Source of the DNA: Dehalococcoidia bacterium
Lineage (GTDB): Bacteria; Chloroflexota; Dehalococcoidia; Lucifugimonadales; Australimonadaceae
DNA length: 64,000 nucleotides
Assembly (NCBI GenBank): GCA_034423175.1
Contig: DAOUJA010000062.1
Coordinates: 64,526-128,525, forward strand
Direction: 5' to 3'
This document shows, one piece after another, positions 44,920 to 52,816 of this stretch. The notes under the pieces were generated by a model, which saw nothing but the letters and a program-made list of their open reading frames with translations, was not told the origin of the DNA and ran no database searches. The translations under genes and the position numbers were made by a program. Each line of letters opens with the position of its first letter. Position 1 is the stretch's first letter.

Positions 44920-46227
44920 CTACTCGTCCCGCTCCGCCAGTGCTTCCTGCACCAGGTCCTCCGCGTACCTGAGCAGCGTCTGTTCGCGGTCGTCGGGCGT
45001 GGCCCTGGACTGGAAGTAGCGGCGCAGGGCGTCGAGGGGCTCGATGCGCTCGGCGTCTTCCCACGGCAGCCGCGTCCGGCGCTCGCGCTCGACGCGGCGC
45101 TCGATGCCGGCCACGTAGAAGGCGGGGGCGAGCGCCGCGCGCACGTCCGCCTCGCGGAACGCGGGCTCCTGCTCGGCGCGCATCTCGATGCGCAGGCGGA
45201 CGATGGAGCGCGCCAGCTCCTCCTCCGGGTGCGCGGCGACGGCCTGCACCGCCGCCTCCGTCGGGCTCTCCATCGGAGCCGTGGCGACGCGTATCGTGAG
45301 CATGGGGCGGGCAGGGGTCGGCACGAAGTCGTAGCCGATCAGGCGCTCGCCCTGCGGCCGGATTGGCTCGATCTCGGCGACGACGAAGCCCTTGTCCTCG
45401 CGCTCCTCGCTGAAGTCGACGCGCTCGATGCTGCCCGCGTAGACGACCGGCGGATGCTCCGTGAGCACCTGGTGTTTGTGGATGTTGCCGAGCGCGACGT
45501 AGTCGAACTGCGGGATGGCGACGGTGCCGAGGCTGAGCACGTGGTCGTTCCCCAGCATCATCGACTGCTCGGATGCGGTCTTCGCCCCGGCGATGTTGAC
45601 GTGGGCGCAGAGCACGGCGGGTACGGCGGGGTCGAGCTTGTCGACTTCCTCCTGCAGATATGTAACGAGCCCCCCCTCGACCTCCTGCTTGATCTCCTCC
45701 AGGGTCTTTCCGCGCGTCTCTTCACGGCTCATGAACTGGCCGATGCGTATCCAGGGCAGCGCGACCACCTGCACGTCCCCGGCGTTGGTGGCGATGCGGT
45801 GCGTGCCGAGCGTCTGCCCGACCGTGACGTTGGCGACGCTGAGCGTGGGGAAGATCTCGAGCGCGGTGGCGCGGTTTGCGACGTGCGGGAGGTCGTGGTT
45901 GCCGATGGTGAGGAAGGTGGGGATGCCGGCCGCGGAGAGGCGGGCGATGCGGCGGGCGAACTCGCGCTGGTGGGTCTGCGTGGGATTGCGCGCCTTGTAG
46001 GCGTCGCCCGCGAACAGGACGAGGTCGATGCCGCCGTCGATGGCGTAGTCGACGGCGTAGTCCATCGCCGCGAGGAAGTCGAGGAGGCGCGTGTGGACGC
46101 CGAGGTACTCCGTCCGGTCCACGCCGGGCGCGAACCAGTCCGGCATGGCGTCGAGGTCGGCCTGGGAGGCGGGGCGTCCGTACGTCTCGACGCCGACGTG
46201 GATGTCGGAGAGGTGCAGGAGGCGCAT
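44920..46227 (-). CDS. sbcD: SbcD/Mre11-family metallophosphoesterase nuclease
   Basis: Motifs LSDIHVG, AGDAYK, GNHD, CAHV and GNIHKH (the usual GHxH has Asn in first position). No sbcC/rad50 is adjacent. Confidence 0.8.
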   Translation of the reverse strand: MRLLHLSDIHVGVETYGRPASQADLDAMPDWFAPGVDRTEYLGVHTRLLDFLAAMDYAVDYAIDGGIDLVLFAGDAYKARNPTQTHQREFARRIARLSAAGIPTFLTIGNHDLPHVANRATALEIFPTLSVANVTVGQTLGTHRIATNAGDVQVVALPWIRIGQFMSREETRGKTLEEIKQEVEGGLVTYLQEEVDKLDPAVPAVLCAHVNIAGAKTASEQSMMLGNDHVLSLGTVAIPQFDYVALGNIHKHQVLTEHPPVVYAGSIERVDFSEEREDKGFVVAEIEPIRPQGERLIGYDFVPTPARPMLTIRVATAPMESPTEAAVQAVAAHPEEELARSIVRLRIEMRAEQEPAFREADVRAALAPAFYVAGIERRVERERRTRLPWEDAERIEPLDALRRYFQSRATPDDREQTLLRYAEDLVQEALAERDE

Positions 46228-46306
46228 GGCGGTATGCTACATCCTCACGCAGCGCCCGAGCGCCGCGGCGCTTCATTCATTCAGGGTGGCTCCATCTGGC
46301 ATCATT

Positions 46307-46410
46307 TGGCCTCATTCACTCGTGTCCGAGGGGTCCTGATGAGGCCATGACGGGCCGGAATGAGGCCAATCCGGGGCTGTTCGAGGCCACGATGAGGCCA
46401 AATGAGGCCA
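46307..46410. repeat. cluster of a 9-bp motif ATGAGGCCA (four direct copies, one inverted, one partial)
   Basis: Direct copies at 46339-46347, 46360-46368, 46392-46400 and 46402-46410. Inverted TGGCCTCAT at 46307-46315. The GAGGCCA core also occurs at 46383-46389. Confidence 0.8.
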
Positions 46411-46595
46411 CTGCCCTGCCGCCTGTGCGTGAGGGTCCCGCATGCCGCCTCGCGTCCATTCATCCACAGTAAGAGGCGTGGCGACGACGGCGCAAGGGGC
46501 CCGTGTCGCAGGAGCCGTGCTAGGATGCGTTGGGGCACGGAGCGGTCTAGGCCATAAGAGCAAAGCTTAGGATATGCTGAAGGCGGATAGCGGTT

Positions 46596-47171
46596 ATGGT
46601 CGGCGAGGTAAGCAACGCTAGAGAAGGACTCAGGTGCCTCAGGATTATGATGATTCTGAGCAGTCTGTCTCCGTTGTTGATTCTGTGGGCGATTCGGGGA
46701 GTTCCCGTGGCGCCTCACAATATCTTTGCCATCTGTTGCGTATTGGCTGCAATCGTCCCTAACCTGTTTCTAGCCGCGCGATTGATTGTCGCAAAGCGGA
46801 ATAAGAACCCTGTACCGATGCCCTGTGGCAAAGCCGAGGATGTACGGGCACACACCCTAGTTTACTTACTGGCTATTCTTCTACCGCTATATGACCAAAG
46901 TTCTGACACGTGGTTTGGCGCGGCAGCCACAGGAGTAGCATTCTTCTTAGTTTCAGTATTATTCTATCATCTGGAGCTATACTATACTAATATATTCTTC
47001 GTCTGGAGGGGATACTACGTATTCGTAGTCTATCCATCGGATAATGAGAATTCCTATTCGAGAGTCGACAAATACGTGTTGATTACAAGAAGAAAAACGT
47101 TAGAGTCTGTGACAAAAATAGATGCCTATCGCATCACCAACAGCATGTACATGGAGGCACCTAATGGTTGA
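46596..47171 (+). CDS. kwaA: KwaA-like four-TM membrane protein (Kiwa system component A candidate)
   Basis: About 190 aa with four hydrophobic helices, AT-rich, and overlapping the start of a DUF4868-like gene by 8 nt. The start is uncertain (alternative ATG at 46647). Confidence 0.5.
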   Translation: MVGEVSNAREGLRCLRIMMILSSLSPLLILWAIRGVPVAPHNIFAICCVLAAIVPNLFLAARLIVAKRNKNPVPMPCGKAEDVRAHTLVYLLAILLPLYDQSSDTWFGAAATGVAFFLVSVLFYHLELYYTNIFFVWRGYYVFVVYPSDNENSYSRVDKYVLITRRKTLESVTKIDAYRITNSMYMEAPNG

Positions 47172-48054
47172 CTTCGACTTGTCTAACGTGCGGACTGTAA
47201 CCTTCTCGTTTATAAGGAATGCGAACAAGGGTACACGGGAGATTACTAGCGTTGAAATAGATGAGGACGTACAAGACTTATTGAAGGAAACGGTCAACCA
47301 AACATGGCAAGGGATGGCAGATGGCGATTTTTCTGACTACGAACCATCGCAGCAATACTCGTCACGTATTCCACTGCGTTTGAAGATGGATTCTCCTTTG
47401 GCAGCCGAATTCCAGCGCTTGCACGGAGCATTTCCGGCACCACGGTTGTCAGCTGCCAATGCGAGCAACCTCTTTGCCTACTCGGTGCAAATGACTGACC
47501 AAGATGGCAGTAGGCTAACCGCAATTCAGCGTGCAACGAGCTTTAAGGCTATCAAGGAGAGAGGATTGATTAGATTTGTAAACGATGCATTGCAGATATA
47601 TACAGGTAAACTATACAGACTAGATGACCACTTTGACGTACTGATTGACTCCGAATATGTGTATTCTATGAGAGCAAGGGGATTCGAAGCTATAGGGAAG
47701 ATGAAACAAGCTATTTTAGATGCTGTTCCGAACAACATACAATCCATCAAGAGGGCGATGCCATTTGTAGAATGGGACTCAATGGCTGAGTACGTGACGG
47801 ATCACATACGTTCTGCGCGTTATTTGTCATCAGTGTGTGCTTCGGGCTCAGCAAATCGAATAGACAAGGCCTTGCTGATGACTTCTTGTGCTGCGAAAGG
47901 CATTGCTGTAGAAGAACGGAATAGCAAAATGGTTGTTGGCGACGGCGACTATGAGGATTTCTTGCAAGTTATCAACAGGAGAATTTACGAATATAACTTA
48001 ATCCCAGGAGAAATTGAAGTGTATAGGGCGGTTAACCGAGAACGGCTTCGCTGA
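47164..48054 (+). CDS. kwaB: KwaB-like DUF4868-domain protein (Kiwa system component B candidate)
   Basis: About 296 aa. The pattern ..LFAYSVQMTD..LTAIQRAT.FKAI......F......IYTGKLYRLDDHFDVLIDSEYVYSMRARGFEAIG.. and the C-terminal ..FLQVINRRIYEYNLIPGEIEVYRA fit my recollection of the DUF4868 layout. Confidence 0.55.
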   Translation: MVDFDLSNVRTVTFSFIRNANKGTREITSVEIDEDVQDLLKETVNQTWQGMADGDFSDYEPSQQYSSRIPLRLKMDSPLAAEFQRLHGAFPAPRLSAANASNLFAYSVQMTDQDGSRLTAIQRATSFKAIKERGLIRFVNDALQIYTGKLYRLDDHFDVLIDSEYVYSMRARGFEAIGKMKQAILDAVPNNIQSIKRAMPFVEWDSMAEYVTDHIRSARYLSSVCASGSANRIDKALLMTSCAAKGIAVEERNSKMVVGDGDYEDFLQVINRRIYEYNLIPGEIEVYRAVNRERLR

Positions 48055-48123
48055 ATGCGGATTCATTTAGCGCTTTCGAGTCTGATGGCATGGGGGCGGG
48101 TATCAGAGAGACAAAGCAGGCGC

Positions 48124-51051
48124 CTAATTGCTGAACCGCATCCGCGCCTGCGGAGCAGCGGCTCTCACCTTTGACTTCTTCCCACCGTGTATGGAAGGTT
48201 CGGCGCAGAGCTTCTCACGGAGCAGGTCCAGACTGGAGATGAGGTCGGCGGGCATACCCAGCACGTCTACCAGGAGGCGATAGTCCAGTTCTTTGCGCAC
48301 CTCGTCGCGGGCCGCTTCATTGAACGGGAGCATATGCCGGTGTTTCAAGTCTTCGAAGACCGCGTTTGCCTGTTCCACTTGGGTGTTGCTCAATGCGTCG
48401 ATGTTCAGCACTGGCATAGAAGCTGCCTGTAGCCGCGGCATTCTTCCTCGACCGCTCTGTTGCTTTGAAGAGTGCCACCAGTACATCAACCCGCCCAGAG
48501 TTGAGTTTGACCAGAGAGTATGCAGTTGTTCATGGTCCGGCTGGTTCAGCACGATGTTCGGCCATGATGCTCCCCCCAGCGTTTGCTGTTCGGTGAAGGC
48601 GACTGCCAATGCTTGTGAGTTGAAGCGAAAATCTGCATTGTGGTGTATCCGACTCCGCGCGGCCCAAATCTGATGTGCTCGCTCCTCTTTCCCAATCCGG
48701 ATGCGTGCTTCCGAGTCCGGTTCGACTACCATAGAACGCTCTCTAGTGGTATCGTGTCCCCAAAGTGTTGGATAGGTTGCACCGGCAGTATACGGGCTGT
48801 TGATATCAAAAGAACCTCGCTCCCCGGCTCCGTTGATGTCACGGTGGAGATACCCCAAATGCCCGATCTCCCTGAGTACAGTGACGGGCAGAGGATAAGC
48901 ATCAGCGCCCACTATGCCGGGCAACCATAGCTTTCCGAGCGTTAACTGATAGGCAGTCTGCGCCAGCGAGAGGTCGACTATCCCTGCAACCGGCCACTGG
49001 TCGCTCTCAGGGATTGGGCAGTCCAACACTTCGTCAACCTTCTCCTGGCCGACGAGTATCATCGAGCCGCCATACGGCCCGTCTTCCAGCTGTCTCACCT
49101 CGCCTGAATGTGCCAACCGAAGGACCTGCTGGCCGATCTCCTCGCCTTCCATGGGCGTTCGAGGGCGCCGGACCAGGTTGACGAAGATGCCGCGTCCTTT
49201 GTTCCCGCCCTTGCTGCGTTTCCGCGCGACGACCAGCACTTCTCCCATATCGGTATCGGCGGAGAAGGATTTTTCGCGTCCTTTCTCAGCCGCGATAGAG
49301 ACCACTACAATGTTCTCGTAGTCTTTGCGCCAGAGGTCCCGCGCCTTCTGCCAGCTCTGGCCCTGCAGGACGGCGAGCGGCAGCACCATCGCGACCGTCC
49401 CGTTGTCGGCAACCATCCTGTCAGCGAGCGCGATGAAGTAGGACGCGAGTCCGGCATTGCCGCTGGCGCAGGTTGCTTGTCCCAGGGACTTTGCGAGAGC
49501 AGCCATCCAGTCCTGTTCCTCTTTGTCCGTACCGAGGCCGGCAAACGCCGGGTTCGGTATCTTGCTGCGTGCACCGGCGTGGTTGGTTGGGCGAGTGAAC
49601 GGCGGGTTCATGATTACAAGGTCGAACTCCCCGGGGTTCACGTCAAACCGGTTCGTCACTTCTTCCGAACCACTCCCGGTTGTCCGCACGGGCGCGCCCG
49701 TGCGGAAGAGGGGACGTATCCGCGCGTCTTCCGCCAGCAGGTCCAGTGAGCCCAGTGCGTAGTGGCCCTTCTGCTGCCTGCCGTAGGGGAGCGTGTAGAG
49801 CCTCGTCTTGGCGAACTGCTCGGTGGGGTAGGCGGACGCCAGCATGGAGGCCGTGAGGTGGACGGACATCGGCATGATGTCCGCGCCGACGATTGCGTCT
49901 TCCATGGCGCGGTGGTGGAACTCCTTCGCGCTCCCGCCTTGCATCTCGTGGAGCGCAACGAAACGGCGATATGCGGCGGAGAGGAGCGTGCCGGTGCCGC
50001 ACGAGAAGTCCGCGACTTGGAAGTTGTCGTATGCCTGTTGTCCATCCTGTTCCGGCAGCGCCAGCATGGCGAGCAGCGCGGCGGCTGAAGGCGTGGTGTA
50101 GAAAGTGGCGAGGAACTTCCGGTCGGCGATGAGGCGCTGGAAGACGACGCCTGAGAGGTCGTGTGAGCGGGTCACTCCATCGCGGATGAGATCTCGCGCG
50201 GTTGCGGCGAGCGTGCCGAGCGTGTCCGAGGCAAGGCTTGTCGGCATGCACTCGATGACCTGGCGGGCGATGTCGAAGATGGGGTAGTAGTTGACGGCGA
50301 GGATCTTGCGCCACTCGTTAAGGACAGCGGCATGGTCTATTCGCCCGCTGGCCGCGCGCAGGCTTTCGATGGAGACGATGCCGTGGGAGCCCGCCAAATT
50401 CTCCTGAAAGACGATGGCGTTAGTGACGATGGTCATCGCCATGCGGTGGGTCTGCGGGCCGTCCTCCTGCTGCAGTCGCTCCGCGATCATCGGCCCGATG
50501 TCGGGGCGGAGTTTGATGGCGTCGCTCAGGTGCTCTGCGGCGGCGGTAACGCCCCATTCGAGGCGGTCAGCGGCGGCTTCTATGGCGTGTTTGGGAATGC
50601 CGGCGTTGTAGGCGAGGCGGGCGAGGTCTGCCGCGCCGCCAGTGAGCCATCCAGTGTCGGGGAAGCGCTCGTAGGATTCTGCTGACACCCCACTGAGCAG
50701 AGCGTACTCGATGCCCGCACGGCTGTCGCGCAGCGCCTCGCGGAGTTGGCCTTCGCTGAGGTCGCGAAAGCGTAGGGGGACGCGGGCGGCGATGACGGAG
50801 TCAATGCGCTGGTCGCTCGTACTGAGCGTCTCGCCGAGGCGTGACCGGGCGTCGTTCTCGACCGTGACCGCTGGCAGCACCTCGGTCTCGATGACGACGG
50901 GCGCCGAGCCTTCGGCGGCCACAATAACGTCCGGTTGGCGGTGGGAGCCCTGCAACTTGCCAAGTTGCTCACCACCGACCTTCCAGTTCGAGCGGAGACT
51001 GTTAAGCACCTCCGCCAGGGCTATGTTGATTTCAGGTTCGCTTGTGGCCAT
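48124..51051 (-). CDS. large N6-adenine DNA methyltransferase fusion (Type IIG/IIL-like; N-terminal nuclease-like region uncertain)
   Basis: AdoMet motif I VADFSCGTGTLL and motif IV VIMNPPF. The N-terminus ..QPDVIVAAEGSAPVVIETEV.. is a weak PD-(D/E)xK-like pattern. There is a long C-terminal region that could determine specificity. The ATG lies 10 nt after the glyQS stop. Confidence 0.7.
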   Translation of the reverse strand: MATSEPEINIALAEVLNSLRSNWKVGGEQLGKLQGSHRQPDVIVAAEGSAPVVIETEVLPAVTVENDARSRLGETLSTSDQRIDSVIAARVPLRFRDLSEGQLREALRDSRAGIEYALLSGVSAESYERFPDTGWLTGGAADLARLAYNAGIPKHAIEAAADRLEWGVTAAAEHLSDAIKLRPDIGPMIAERLQQEDGPQTHRMAMTIVTNAIVFQENLAGSHGIVSIESLRAASGRIDHAAVLNEWRKILAVNYYPIFDIARQVIECMPTSLASDTLGTLAATARDLIRDGVTRSHDLSGVVFQRLIADRKFLATFYTTPSAAALLAMLALPEQDGQQAYDNFQVADFSCGTGTLLSAAYRRFVALHEMQGGSAKEFHHRAMEDAIVGADIMPMSVHLTASMLASAYPTEQFAKTRLYTLPYGRQQKGHYALGSLDLLAEDARIRPLFRTGAPVRTTGSGSEEVTNRFDVNPGEFDLVIMNPPFTRPTNHAGARSKIPNPAFAGLGTDKEEQDWMAALAKSLGQATCASGNAGLASYFIALADRMVADNGTVAMVLPLAVLQGQSWQKARDLWRKDYENIVVVSIAAEKGREKSFSADTDMGEVLVVARKRSKGGNKGRGIFVNLVRRPRTPMEGEEIGQQVLRLAHSGEVRQLEDGPYGGSMILVGQEKVDEVLDCPIPESDQWPVAGIVDLSLAQTAYQLTLGKLWLPGIVGADAYPLPVTVLREIGHLGYLHRDINGAGERGSFDINSPYTAGATYPTLWGHDTTRERSMVVEPDSEARIRIGKEERAHQIWAARSRIHHNADFRFNSQALAVAFTEQQTLGGASWPNIVLNQPDHEQLHTLWSNSTLGGLMYWWHSSKQQSGRGRMPRLQAASMPVLNIDALSNTQVEQANAVFEDLKHRHMLPFNEAARDEVRKELDYRLLVDVLGMPADLISSLDLLREKLCAEPSIHGGKKSKVRAAAPQARMRFSN

Positions 51052-51061
51052 CAGGTCACGC

Positions 51062-52402
51062 TTACCCCCGCGTGCTGCCCATGTCCCGGAGGGCGGCGCG
51101 GAGGGCATCGGGAAGCTCGGCGATGGGGACGCGCGTCTGCTGCATGGAGTCGCGGTTGCGGATGGTGACCGCGCTGTCCTCCTCCACCGTCTGGAAGTCG
51201 ACGGTGACGCAGAGCGGGGTGCCGATCTCGTCCTGGCGGCGGTAGCGGCGGCCTATGGACTGCGCGTCGTCGTACTGGGCGCGGAAGACGCGGCGCACCT
51301 GCGCGTGCACGTCCCGCGCGGTGGGGATGAGCTTCGCGTTGCGGCTGAGGGGCAGGACGGCGACCTGCGCGGGCGCGATGTCCGGGTGGAAGCGGAGGAC
51401 CGTGCGCACCTCCTCCTTGCCGTCGCCGGTGGGGGCCATCTCCTCGTCGTAGGCGTCGAACATGAAGGTGAGCGCGGCGCGGTCGGCCCCGGCGGCGGGT
51501 TCGATGACGTACGGGAAGTAGTGCTCGTTCGCCTCCTGGTCGAAGTACTTCATCGTCTTGCCGGAGACGGCCTCGTGCTGGCTGAGGTCGAAGTCGGTCC
51601 GGTTGGCGATGCCCTCGAGCTCGCCCCAGCCCCACGGGAAGTTGTACTCGACGTCCGACGTCGCCTTGGCGTAGTGGGCGAGCTCGTCCGGCTCGTGCTC
51701 GCGGAGGCGCAGGTTCTCCTCCCTGATGCCGAGGTCCTTGTACCAGTTGAAGCGCTGCTCGATCCAGTGCCGGTGCCAGTGGTCGTCGTCCCCGGGCTTC
51801 ACGAAGAACTCCATCTCCATCTGCTCGAACTCGCGGGTGCGGAAGATGAAGTTGCCGGGAGTGATCTCGTTGCGGAACGACTTGCCGATCTGCGCGATGC
51901 CGAACGGCAGCTTGGAGCGCGTGGCGGTGAGGACGTTGTCGAAGTTGATGAAGATGCCCTGCGCGGTCTCCGGGCGGAGCCAGACCTGGTTCGCCGAGTC
52001 CTCGACCGGACCGACGAAGGTCTTGAACATGAGGTTGAACATGCGCGGGTCTGAGAGCGCAGCGCCGTCGTCCGGGCATTTCGAGGGGTCGTCCAGGTGG
52101 TCGGGACGGAAGCGCTTGCGGCAGTCCGGGCACTCGACGAGCGGGTCCGTGAAGTTGGCGGCGTGGCCGCTGGCGACCCAGACCTCAGGGTTCTGGATGA
52201 TGGCGCTGTCCAGACCGACGACGTCGTCGCGGTCGTAGACCATGGCGCGCCACCACGCCTCCTTGACGTTGCGCTTCAGCTCGACGCCGAGCGGGCCGTA
52301 GTCCCAGCTCGATCCGATGCCCCCGTAGATCTCGCTGGACGGGAATACAAAGCCGCGCCGCTTGGCGAGGGACACGAGTTTCGCGAGGTCGGGTTGGGCC
52401 AT
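51062..52402 (-). CDS. glyQS: glycine--tRNA ligase (homodimeric GlyQS type)
   Basis: ..LAKRRGFVFPSSEIYGG..SWDYGPLG.. and class II motifs. AGGAGA lies 8 nt upstream of the ATG at 52402. Confidence 0.9.
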   Translation of the reverse strand: MAQPDLAKLVSLAKRRGFVFPSSEIYGGIGSSWDYGPLGVELKRNVKEAWWRAMVYDRDDVVGLDSAIIQNPEVWVASGHAANFTDPLVECPDCRKRFRPDHLDDPSKCPDDGAALSDPRMFNLMFKTFVGPVEDSANQVWLRPETAQGIFINFDNVLTATRSKLPFGIAQIGKSFRNEITPGNFIFRTREFEQMEMEFFVKPGDDDHWHRHWIEQRFNWYKDLGIREENLRLREHEPDELAHYAKATSDVEYNFPWGWGELEGIANRTDFDLSQHEAVSGKTMKYFDQEANEHYFPYVIEPAAGADRAALTFMFDAYDEEMAPTGDGKEEVRTVLRFHPDIAPAQVAVLPLSRNAKLIPTARDVHAQVRRVFRAQYDDAQSIGRRYRRQDEIGTPLCVTVDFQTVEEDSAVTIRNRDSMQQTRVPIAELPDALRAALRDMGSTRG

Positions 52403-52456
52403 CGGTGCATTCTCCTGAGGGTGGGGGACGTGCTCGGACAAGTATAGCGGACGGCT

Positions 52457-52693
52457 CTACGCGGCCGGGGGGGGCCGTGGTTCGACAGGCTCGCCACGCG
52501 ATACTGATTTCATAAATCGACGTCCCAGCGCAACCTCCGCCACGTCCGCTCCCCCTATCGGACTGTCATCCGGCGTCGGGACCGTGTAGTGGATCGTCGC
52601 GTGTCCCGGACGCACCAAGATCTCCTTCACGAACGTCCGCAGGAACGCCTTCGTCTCCGCAAGTCCGCTCTCCAGAGGGGAGCCAGGAGTTGG
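52457..52693 (-). pseudogene. C-terminal relic of a large serine recombinase
   Basis: The minus frame reads ..SPLESGLAETKAFLRTFVKEILVRPGHATIHYTVPTPDDS.., which matches the conserved ..AFLRSFVKEI.V.....I.YT.P.P tail of large serine recombinases. No upstream catalytic domain is present; a stop codon lies at 52694-52696. Confidence 0.45.
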
Positions 52694-52816
52694 TCAAAGG
52701 GCCGGTGTCACTATCGGGAGAAGGGGGACAAGTGCTGTCCGTGCTACCTGAAGTCAGGATGGTTGCGGCGAGTGCTGCGATGAGTCGGGTCCGCGATGCC
52801 AGACACTCCGCGCAAC

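Noticed and set aside
46302-46718. 138-aa minus-strand ORF covering the 9-mer array and the start of the kwaA-like gene.
   Set aside because: Its translation is dominated by the repeat (..SWPH.., ..LIWPH..). It overlaps the better-supported plus-strand membrane-protein gene and has no ribosome-binding site.
52403-52456. T-box or other leader riboswitch upstream of glyQS.
   Set aside because: The region between the glyQS start and the recombinase relic is only about 50 nt. That is far too short for a T-box leader, and I saw no specifier or antiterminator structure.
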